Shown here: positions 19,001-28,600 of the stretch, piece by piece
How the letters are laid out: every line of letters starts with the position of its first letter
How positions within the stretch are numbered: position 1 is the first letter of the stretch
Source: a virus
IMG/VR virus record: IMGVR_UViG_3300027708_001637
Reading direction: 5' to 3' (one strand)
Length of the DNA stretch: 64,000 nt
Program-made: the position numbers and the translations under genes
The notes under the pieces: model-generated
Seen by the model: only the letters and a program-made list of their open reading frames with translations
What the model was told of the DNA's origin: nothing
Database searches by the model: none

Positions 19001-22000
19001 TCAGTGCCAATAGTATTAGAAAGTAGTGCAAAACATCCAATAGCCACATTATTACTACCAGTAGTGTTTGAATATGCTGCACAGAAACCTACTGCAAAGT
19101 TATTTGAGCCGGTGGTGTTGTTTAGTAGTGCATTACATCCAATAGCTGTGTTATTTGAGCCACTAGTATTAATACCAAGTGCCTGATAACCAATAGCAGT
19201 ATTATTATTACCGTTGATATTGGCGAATAATGCAGAACATCCAATAGCAACGTTATGAGTACCGTAGGTGTTTTTGGCAAGCGTGGATGATCCTATTGCA
19301 ACGTTATTACGTCCTGAAGTATTACTACATAACGCAGAGCATCCTATTGCCGTGTTATTATAACCAGATGTATTATTGTACAGTGCCTGATAACCAATAG
19401 CTGTGTTATTACAACCAGCGGTGTTGCCATAGAGTGCAAAATATCCAATAGCTGTGTTATTACAACCAGAGCTGTTGACGTACAGAGATTTCTTTCCAAT
19501 TGCTGTGTTATTATTACCATAAGCGTTACAATACAAAGCCTGATATCCCTGGGCTACGTTATCATTGCCAGCGCAGGTAAAACGCATTGCACAGCCACCA
19601 ATAGCTATGTTATTACTACCAGAAGTGTTATAGTACAGCGTACATAGACCAATGGCTATATTATTTGAGCCGATTTCGTTTGCAGTTAGTGCCCTATATC
19701 CTTGAGCTATGTTATTTGAACCAGTGGTGTTGCAGCGGAGTGTGGCATAACCAATAGCTATGTTATTAGCACCAGTAGTGTTATAGTACAACGCAACTTG
19801 GCCAATAGCAGTGTTATTTGAGCCAGAAATATTACCATACAATGCATTGCAACCTATGGCAGTGTTATTACAACCAATAGTATTACATTTAAGTGCGCCA
19901 AAGCCCAATGCAACGTTGTTACTACCGCTGGTGTTTGTACACATGGCAAAACAACCAATTGCTAAATTATTGTTACCAGTAGTGTTTTTAGTTAGAGCAC
20001 TACACCCAATAGCAATGTTGTTACTACCAATAGTGTTTGCACATAAGGCAAATGGTCCAATGGCAACGTTTGTACAACCAGTAGTATTATTCTTTAATGC
20101 GTTATAACCTTGAGCAAAGTTATAACTACCAATGGTGTTGGCAGCTAATGCGTTGCATCCCGATGCAAAGTTTCCGTTACCAATGGTGTTAGCACATAGT
20201 GCCGCATATCCAACCGCAGCATTATTACTACCAGTAGTATTAGATAATAACGCTAAACATCCAATAGCAATGTTATTAACACCAGTGCTTGTTATATTGC
20301 TACTACAGTATCCTACACTAATATTACCAGTGCCACTTGTGGTATAGGCATACACAGTACCAAGTGCAGTTGGAGTTGCTGCACTTGCGCCACTGGTATT
20401 GACCAATGTATTGTTTACATATAATCCACTATTGTCAACACGAATACGTTCACAAGTACCAGCACCAATCAATACAGTACATACACATCCAGCAGCAGCT
20501 GATAATGAACCAATAATGGTGTTGTTAACACCAGTTGTTAATGCAGACCCTGCTAATGCACCAATTGCAATGTTACTACCAGAAGCATTACTTAATACTA
20601 ATGAACAGCAGCCAATTGCAATACTGTTACTGCCAGTGGTATTACATATAAGTGAATAATACCCTTGAGCAAAGTTATTACTACCACTGGTGTTGCAGAG
20701 AAGTGCATAATAACCTTGAGCAATATTGTTACAGCCAATAGTATTGTTTTGCATTGCACTACGGCCAATTGCTATGTTATTTGACCCAGTTGTAGTAAGT
20801 CTTAAAGACCAATAACCTTGGGCAAAGTTGTTACAGCCAGTAGAGTTGACTCCCAGTGCCTGATAACCTTGAGCAAAGTTAGAACCCCCAATGGTGTTCT
20901 TGCATAGCGCATTAAAACCAACAGCAAAGTTATTGCTACCGGTGGTATTACAATAAAGTGCTAGACTTCCAACCGCAAGATTGTTATTACCAGTACTATT
21001 TTTGGCAGCAGCACAGTAACCAATTGCAACGTTATTACAACCGCTTCCATTCAAAAAGAGTGCATTACAACCAATGGCTGTGTTATTACAGCCGCTGGTA
21101 TTTCCGTAAAGTGCAGCATAACCTAATGCAACATTATTACTTTGTATATTACCTTGGAGAGCACATTGACCAATAGCTATATTATAACAACCAGAAATAT
21201 TTGAGCATTGTGCTTTATACCCAGCGGCAAAGTTTCCAAATCCGTTAACATTAGATCTCAAACCGTAAGTACCAAAGGCAAAATTATCAACCCCAACAGT
21301 ATTGCAAGTAAACGCCTTATATCCCATTGCAATATTATTACAGCCGCCGCCGGCAAAACCAGCACAGAATCCAAACGCTATGTTATTATTGCCAGTAGTG
21401 CCGCAATATTGCGCCTTATACCCTTGAGCAAAGTTTTGACAGCCAATGGTATTATTAGCCAAGGCCTGTGACCCAATGGCAATGTTATTTGAACCAGAAG
21501 TGTTGCAGCAAAGAGCAGCATAGCCAATAGCAGTGTTACATCCGCCACTAGTATTATTGTACAGTGCACACGCACCAATTGCGGTATTACTACAACCAGA
21601 GGTATTATTAGTTAATGTAAGTATTCCAATGGCAACGTTGAAACTTCCCGATTTGTTACCACATAATGCTCGATATCCTTGAGCAACGTTACCGCAGCCA
21701 AACGAGTTACCATATAATGCGTTATTACCAATAGCAATGTTCTGCTGCCCAGAAGTATTGCAGTATAGGGTATTATTACCTAAAGCAATGTTATGACAAC
21801 CAACAGTATTGCATCGTAGAGAATTAGATCCAACAGCAATGTTTCCAGATCCAGTTGTGTTATTCACTAACGCAAACCTTCCAATAGCCACATTAGCACT
21901 GCCGTAGGTATTACAGCCAGCGGCACATAGGCCAACTGCAAAATTGTCCCAACCAGTGGTATTTTTGCATAATGCGCCAAGACCAAATGCAAAGTTATTA

Positions 22001-22563
22001 CAACCCGCATTGAGGGCCAATGCGCCAGTGCCAATACCAAGGCTGTTATAGGTAGCAGACAGTGCAGGAAATGTAGCACCGTTAACATATAATCCAGTAC
22101 TGTCAACTCGAATACGTTCAGTAGCGCCCGCACCAATCAATACTGTAGCAAAACAGCCAGCTGCTGCTGGTAATGAACCAATAACGGTATTAAAAGCACC
22201 AGTGGTAATGTTAACACCTGCACAATATCCAATAGCAATGTTGCTTGATCCACAAGTACTTGCTGCCAATGATACACATCCGATAGCTATGTTATTATTA
22301 CCAGTGGTATTACATTTAAGGGCCGAATATCCTTGAGCAATATTATTGTTGCCGTAAGTAGCACTACAAAGTGCACTGTTTCCAATGGCAATATTATTGT
22401 TACCTGAAGTATTACATTGTAAACTTAGCGTACCAATAGCTACGTTATTACACCCAGTAGTCAGACTAGATAAGTTTGATACACCAACTGCCACGTTACC
22501 GCTGGTGGTATTACATCCTGTTAAGTTAGGTATAATTGTATTTCCGCAAATTTTAATTGCCAT
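16027..22563 (-). CDS. Giant Cys-rich tail fibre/adhesin (2178 aa) with 17-aa NxxAIG..AL..NTTG repeats and a C-terminal S74 intramolecular chaperone
   Basis: Long 51-nt periodic repeat resembling YadA-head beta-rolls. C-terminus SDIRDK...LRPVKFTW...GFIAQEL...coiled coil. Confidence 0.85.
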   Translation of the reverse strand: MAIKICGNTIIPNLTGCNTTSGNVAVGVSNLSSLTTGCNNVAIGTLSLQCNTSGNNNIAIGNSALCSATYGNNNIAQGYSALKCNTTGNNNIAIGCVSLAASTCGSSNIAIGYCAGVNITTGAFNTVIGSLPAAAGCFATVLIGAGATERIRVDSTGLYVNGATFPALSATYNSLGIGTGALALNAGCNNFAFGLGALCKNTTGWDNFAVGLCAAGCNTYGSANVAIGRFALVNNTTGSGNIAVGSNSLRCNTVGCHNIALGNNTLYCNTSGQQNIAIGNNALYGNSFGCGNVAQGYRALCGNKSGSFNVAIGILTLTNNTSGCSNTAIGACALYNNTSGGCNTAIGYAALCCNTSGSNNIAIGSQALANNTIGCQNFAQGYKAQYCGTTGNNNIAFGFCAGFAGGGCNNIAMGYKAFTCNTVGVDNFAFGTYGLRSNVNGFGNFAAGYKAQCSNISGCYNIAIGQCALQGNIQSNNVALGYAALYGNTSGCNNTAIGCNALFLNGSGCNNVAIGYCAAAKNSTGNNNLAVGSLALYCNTTGSNNFAVGFNALCKNTIGGSNFAQGYQALGVNSTGCNNFAQGYWSLRLTTTGSNNIAIGRSAMQNNTIGCNNIAQGYYALLCNTSGSNNFAQGYYSLICNTTGSNSIAIGCCSLVLSNASGSNIAIGALAGSALTTGVNNTIIGSLSAAAGCVCTVLIGAGTCERIRVDNSGLYVNNTLVNTSGASAATPTALGTVYAYTTSGTGNISVGYCSSNITSTGVNNIAIGCLALLSNTTGSNNAAVGYAALCANTIGNGNFASGCNALAANTIGSYNFAQGYNALKNNTTGCTNVAIGPFALCANTIGSNNIAIGCSALTKNTTGNNNLAIGCFAMCTNTSGSNNVALGFGALKCNTIGCNNTAIGCNALYGNISGSNNTAIGQVALYYNTTGANNIAIGYATLRCNTTGSNNIAQGYRALTANEIGSNNIAIGLCTLYYNTSGSNNIAIGGCAMRFTCAGNDNVAQGYQALYCNAYGNNNTAIGKKSLYVNSSGCNNTAIGYFALYGNTAGCNNTAIGYQALYNNTSGYNNTAIGCSALCSNTSGRNNVAIGSSTLAKNTYGTHNVAIGCSALFANINGNNNTAIGYQALGINTSGSNNTAIGCNALLNNTTGSNNFAVGFCAAYSNTTGSNNVAIGCFALLSNTIGTDNTAIGYSALRANTTGSSNFAVGSNALTGNTIGCGNFAVGNGALCANTIGSNNIAVGTSAMNFNTSGFSNIAIGYQTLFCNTTGSYNTAIGLSAMQLNLTGIHNIAIGYCSLYNNTAGSYNIAQGYWALCGNLTGSGNIAFGANSLRANSSGNNNIANGTCALLCNTIGNNNVALGCNALSSNSSGSNNFAVGAFALNYNTSGCNNTAIGGGALYCNTIGINNVAIGYGSLTSNTNGCNNFAIGCSALFTNTIGNNNTAIGYQALGINTSGSNNTAIGFYALYKNTSGSNNFAVGRCALYNNTTGPNNIAIGCLALYNNTFGNSNSAQGYKALYCNTIGTDNTAIGNSALSNNTGGCNNVAIGPVSLLNNTTGSNNLAIGSFALYCNRTGCNNVAIGYGALYSNTAGSDNFAAGQYALCCNTTGGYNIAIGCNALFLNTIGGNNTALGSGALYSNSLGCDNFAVGCNALDTNSSGNSNVAIGYTSLASNTTGSYNVAIGCCALKSNTTGINNVAIGSSALGFSLNGSNNTAIGCLALSCNTSGKNNLAIGCSALTNNYSGCNNVAIGFNALYGQAGGPGLVGSNNIAVGQAALTNNAGGNNNVALGCSALYFNSSGNNNTAIGYSALKANTTGSSNFAVGSNALTSNTIGSGNFAVGACALYGNTIGCNNTAIGCQALCNNTSGASNTAIGYRALYFNNTGCNNTAIGYQALYCNTSGCNNVAIGWASLIFNTTGANNFAVGICALYSNSYGNNNVAFGCRALCNNTSGSSNTAVGNGALQGNITGSNNIAIGCNALSGGGNGCHNIAFGQSALNFSSGNHNIAIGYNTAFAAAFSGSNNVFLGCNAQGLTATSNNTITLGDANIATIRAQVTTITALSDIRDKTSVENVPLGLKFIMDLRPVKFTWNMRDGGKVGVSEAGFIAQELLAVTEKYGVKDWLPLVLEENPERLEATPGKLLPIIVRAIQELAEENASLKTRITALEDRLNSST

Positions 22564-22659
22564 TACGCTGTCCTTTTATTTCTTCTCTAAAGGACGTGAT
22601 GGCATAATAACTTGAATAAGTTATAAGTGCGCCATCATCGTCCGTAAACTCAGCTATGG
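22564..22659 (-). promoter_or_regulatory. Structured 5' leader with two mutually exclusive hairpins, one occluding the SD
   Basis: Long stem GGACG/CGUCC + UGAUGGC/GCCAUCA + AUAACUU/AAGUUAU (22592-22643) versus GUCCUUU/AAAGGAC (22570-22595), which contains the AGGA SD. Confidence 0.6.
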
Positions 22660-22673
22660 TATTTAGCCAAGAT

Positions 22674-25600
22674 TTAGCTTAATTTTGATTGTAGAGCCGT
22701 AATCTGTAGTTGTTGCTGTTTAACTGCTTCAATTAAGAAACCAATTAACGGCAGATAACTAACGGTCTTGTAGTTGTTGGCATCATTACCCACTAGTTCT
22801 GGCAATATTTTTTCCAACTCTTGTGCAATCACACCGTAACTCCTTCGACCACTTTCTTTCCAATTAAATTTAACACCACGTAATTGCTGCAGAATTTCAA
22901 TTGGATTATCAATTATAGCAATGTTAGTCTTAACTGCCGCATCTGAGGTTGAGTTTAATTCAACTACAGTTAATTGTCCAGTGCTGGGATTGTATTTCAA
23001 CTTGGTGGTTGATACATTTATTGCAGATAATGTGCCTGAACTAGTCGTGCTGAATAGTGGAAAGTAATCACTGTTGGTAGTGGTATTATCACTAATTGTT
23101 GCACCCCCAGAAGTGCTGACCAATGTATTGTTTACATAAAGTCCACTATTATCAACACGGATACGTTCACAAGTACCAGCACCAATTAAAACTGTGCATA
23201 CACATCCTGCCGCAGCTGGTAATGAACCAATAATGGTGTTGTTTGATCCGTCAGAATATTGTCCAGCAAGGGTGCCAATTGCAATATTATTTGAACCAGT
23301 TGTATTACAATTAAGTGCATTACAACCAATGGCAATATTATGACAGCCAGTAGTATTAGCTATAAGAGAACATTGTCCAAGTGCGGTGTTATTATTACCA
23401 TATGAGTTACGACATAGTGAATTACATCCAATGGCAATATTACTTGATCCCGTAGTGTTATTAAACAGTGCATTACAACCAATAGCTGTATTGTGATTAC
23501 CGCTAGAATTGTTACCTAGTGCACTTAATCCAATAGCTAGATTACTGCATCCTGATGTATTTTTCCAAAGAGCAAAACAACCAATAGCAGTGTTATCATT
23601 ACCATACAAATTACTGCAAAGTGCAAACGGTCCGATTGCTACATTATTACTGCCTGTGGTATTACCAGCAAGAGTGTTGTATCCAATAGCAGTGTTATTT
23701 GAGCCAGTGGTATTTTTATATAGAGAGCAACAACCTACAGCTTTATTATTACTGCCTAAGGTATTGCAATTAAGTGCCCTGTATCCTTGAGCAGAGTTGT
23801 TGTTACCAATGGTATTTGCACATAACGAATACTGACCAATTGAAATATTATTGACACCAGATATATTAGATTTTAATGCAAAACACCCTATAGCAACGTT
23901 GTTGCAACCAGATGTATTGCTGCCAAGGGCGCAATAGCCTTGGGCAATGTTGCCACATCCAATAGTGTTATTTTGCAATGCACCAAAACCTAGTGCAATA
24001 TTATTACATCCAAATGTATTATAATATAGTGCAGTTGACCCAATTGCCACGTTATTACAGCCAGTGGTGTTAGCTTGAAGAGCATTATTACCAAAGGCAA
24101 TATTATTAGCACCGTAAGTATTAGTTAAAAGGGCACTGATGCCAATAGCAATATTATTAGAAGCATTATTATTTTTGAGAGAATTTAATCCAATGGCTGT
24201 GTTATTAATTCCGGTAATATTAGATTGCAATGAACTAATACCAACAGCAAAGTTATGACATCCGCCAGTAATAGCAAACATTGAACAACAACCAATGGCA
24301 ATGTTACCGCACGAACTGGAGCTGGCATTGGTGCCACCGCCACCTATATACACGCTACATTGGGCGTTTAAACTAACTACACCTTGTGCTCCTTGAACGC
24401 CTTGTGTTCCAGTCCCAGCTGCTCCCTGAACTCCCTGGAATCCTTGTAGTCCCTGTGCTCCTTGAGCACCCGCTTGTCCCTGACTTCCTTGAACGCCCTG
24501 GAATCCTTGTAGTCCCTGTGCTCCTTGAACACCTTGTGAGCCAGTACCAGACGAACCTTGAACGCCTTGGAATCCTTGTGTTCCTTGTGCTCCTTGCACA
24601 CCTTGTGAGCCAGTACCAGGCGAACCTTGAACGCCTTGGAATCCTTGTGTTCCTTGTGCTCCTTGCACACCTTGTGAGCCAGTACCAGGCGAACCTTGAA
24701 CTCCCTGAAGACCTTGGTTTCCTTGAACTCCCTGGAATCCTTGTAGTCCCTGTGCTCCTTGAGCACCCACTTGTCCCTGACTTCCTTGAGCCCCAACTGA
24801 TCCTTGGGCGCCAGATCCAACTAATACATTGTTTACATACAGGCCGCTGTTATCAACACGAATGCGTTCACAAGTGCCAGCACCAATCAACACTGTGCAC
24901 ACGCAGGCAGCGGCAGCATTTAAAGAACCAATAATGGTATTATTGGCACCAGTTGTTATAGCATAACCAGCATTGCTGCCAATAGCTATATTATTGGCGC
25001 CGGTAGTGTTACCATACAGTGCTCTACTTCCAAAAGATATATTATTACTTCCGATAGTATTACAACGTTGTGCACATTGTCCGATGGAAATATTATCAGA
25101 ACCAACAGAGTTATTAACAAGAGAGTAGTTACCAAAAGCTGTATTATTATTACCCGCAGTGTTATTACCAAGTGCATTACATCCAATAGCTGTGTTATGA
25201 CACCCGGTGCGATTGGAATTTAAAGAAGCACATCCAATTGCAATATTATGTGAACCGTAGGTGTTTGACTGGAGTGCAAAACAGCCAATTGCAAAATTTG
25301 ATTTACCAGTGGTATTACTGTTCAAAGCAAGATTACCGATGGCCACATTTGAGCTGCCAGTGGTGTTTGCAGACAACGCATTATTTCCAATAGCTGTATT
25401 ATCTGAACCAATGGTGTTTGCAGACAACGCACTACTTCCAAAAGCTGTATTATTATTACCGTAGGTGTTTGCAGCTAATGCGTATTGTCCAATGGCAATA
25501 TTAGCACATCCAGTAGTGTTAAATCTTAATGCACAAATGCCGATGGCTGTATTACTATTGCCAGTGGTATTTGAGCCAAGTGCACTACATCCAACGGCTG

Positions 25601-28600
25601 TGTTATTATTGCCATAGGTGTTGGAATAAAGAGTGCCGTATCCAATGGCTGTATTACTATTGCCAGTAGTGTTAAGACGTAGTGCGCTGCATCCAATGGC
25701 TGTATTAAAACAACCACTGGTATTTGAGCCAAGTGCGCCGCAGCCAACAGCAGTATTATGGTTACCGTAAGTATTGGTCCTTAGGGAACCAAACCCAATA
25801 GCGGTGTTACTAATACCGGTAGTGTTTGCACTTAATGAAAAACAACCAAAAGCTGTGTTATTGCAACCAGTAGTGTTAGAACATAATGATTTATAACCTT
25901 TGGCATTGTTGTTATTTCCATAGGTATTGCATTTAAGTGCATTATATCCTTGTGCATTATTGTTATTACCAATTGTGTTATTTTTTAGAGCCATTACGCC
26001 TATAGCAACGTTGGCGCAGCCACTAGTATTGCAGTTAAGTGCATTATTACCAACACCAACATTATTGCAGCCACTAGTGTTTGACTGCAAAGCATTTGCC
26101 CCAGCTGCAAAGTTATCGGTACCTCCTGTAGTACCGTAAAGTGCACTGGCGCCAAAAGCTATATTATTAGAACCACCAGATTTAAGTGCATAACTGCCAA
26201 TTGCAATATTATTAAAACCTGTAGTGTTACCACATAATGCGTTAGGACCAGCAGCAAAGTTGTTAGTGCCAATGGTGTTGTTGTAGAGTGCACCAGAACC
26301 CAATGCAATGTTGCCACATCCGGTGGTGTTTGAACACATGGCAAAGCAACCAATTGCAATGTTATTTGAACCAGTAGTGTTTTTAGTTAGAGAACTACAC
26401 CCAATTGCAACGTTATTACATCCAGAAGTGTTTGCACATAGAGCAAATGGTCCAATAGCAACGTTAGTACAACCAGTAGTGTTGTTTCTTAAAGCATTGT
26501 AACCTTGGGCAAAGTTATAGCTACCAATGGTGTTGGCGGCCAATGCAGCACACCCCGATGCAAAGTTGCCTACACCAATTGTATTTCCGCATAGTGCAGC
26601 GTAGCCAACCGCGTCGTTATTACTTCCAGTAGTGTTAGAAAACAATGCCAAACAACCAATAGCAATGTTATTTGATCCAGTGCTAGTTGTATTACCAGCA
26701 CAACAACCAATACTTGTATTTCCATTACCTGTAGTATAACCAAATACCGTACCTAATGTTGTTGGAGTCGCCGCACTCACACCACTGGTATTAACTAATG
26801 TGTTGTTTACATACAGGCCGTTGTTATCAACACGAATGCGTTCACAAGTGCCAGCACCTAATAACAATGTACAAACACAACCAGCAGCAGCTGGTAGTGA
26901 ACCAATGATGGTATTATTGTAACCAGTAGTGATCAAACATCCTGAACAAATACCAATAGCAATATTACCGCTACCAGTGGTATTACTGTTTAAAGCCTTA
27001 TACCCCTGAGCTATGTTATTACACCCAGTTGTATTATTAATTAGTGCATATACCCCGTCAGCAGTGTTGTAACATCCAGTGGAATTGTTATAAAGTGCGC
27101 ATAGACCAATAGCAGTATTACCAATACCAGTAGTATTACAATAAAGTGCAGAAGTACCAATAGCAACGTTGCAACTACCAGTGCTATTGTTATAAAGTGC
27201 AGTTGATCCTAGCGCGACATTATAAGTTCCTAGGGTATTTGATCTAAGTGCATAATTGCCAATCGCAGTATTATTACCAGTGGTGTTGCAATAGAGTGTC
27301 TGGGCACCTATGGCTACGTTATTGTTGCCAGAAATGTTAGCAAATAAAGAATTAACACCTAAACTAACGTTATAACAACCAGTATTATTATAATAAGAAG
27401 CGGTATAACCTATTGCTACATTATAAAGACCGTATGAATTACAATAAAGTGCGCTTTGACCAATTGCAGTATTGGCACATCCAGTGGTATTACTAGTAAG
27501 TGCGTTGGCACCAATAGCGGTGTTAAAATTACCAGTGGTGTTATTTCTAAGTGTACTTGCACCAATGGCCGTGTTGTAATTGGTGGTGTTGCAATATAAT
27601 GCTTGATATCCAATGGCAACGTTATTACAACCGGTATTATTATAAAATAAAGTATACTGTCCTATACCAACGTTATATGCGCCATATAAATTTCTGTTTA
27701 GTGCACATAGGCCAATGGCGGTATTACACGAGCCAGTGGTGTTGCAGAGTAGTGAATTGAATCCAATAGCGACGTTATTATTGCCGTAGGTGTTGCCGCA
27801 GAGTGCATTGTTTCCAATAGCCGTGTTATATGCACCAGTGTTGTTATTTTTAAGTGAACTAATGCCAATAGCTGTGTTATTGTTACCAGTAGTATTATTT
27901 TGTAGTGAATTAATACCAATGGCAAAGTTATTGCAACCGCTGGTAACAGCAAACATTGAACAGCAACCAATGGCAATATTACTTAAAGAACTAGTGTTAG
28001 CACTAGTGCCGCCTCCACCTATATACACGCTGCATTGAGCGTTTAAACTAACTACCCCTTGACTTCCTTGAGCACCGACTCCTGGCGCACCTTGAACTCC
28101 TTGGCTACCTTGAGCGCCCACTTGTCCCTGTGTTCCTTGAACGCCTTGAAGTCCTTGGTTACCTTGAACACCTTGAAGTCCTTGGTTACCTTGAACACCT
28201 TGAAGTCCTTGGTTACCTTGAACACCTTGTAGTCCTTGTGCTCCTTGAACGCCTTGTGTACCAGTACCAGACGAACCTTGAACGCCTTGAAGTCCTTGGT
28301 TACCTTGAACGCCTTGAAGTCCTTGTGCTCCTTGAGCGCCTGCTTGTCCTTGTGCTCCTTGAGCGCCAGTACTTCCCTGGGGTCCAGTACCAGGTGCTTG
28401 GTATTGTAGTGTGTTGGGTGTTGAACTCATTGCCAACACCCAACTTGCTGTAGTAGCATTTACAGTTGGAAACGTTAATGAAGCGGGGTGATTTAAAGCA
28501 GTTCCGCTTCCCAATGTTAGAGTTGAGGTACTTGCTGGTTGAGTAATAATTACATTATTAAATGTTGTAGCAGTCACAGTACCGTTGACAAATATCCCGC

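Noticed and set aside
17060-19260. Near-identical duplicated segments as DGR template/variable repeats
   Set aside because: Mismatches are not confined to adenines (T/C and T/A changes occur), both copies are in-frame coding sequence, and no reverse transcriptase is in the window.
24377-24934. Repetitive 147-aa and 182-aa alternative-frame ORFs
   Set aside because: By-products of the stop-free collagen-like repeat, with no initiation signals.
16500-28000. 51-nt periodic repeats as a CRISPR array or non-coding repeat
   Set aside because: They lie in long open frames, vary mostly at synonymous positions, and have no constant repeat plus unique spacer structure.
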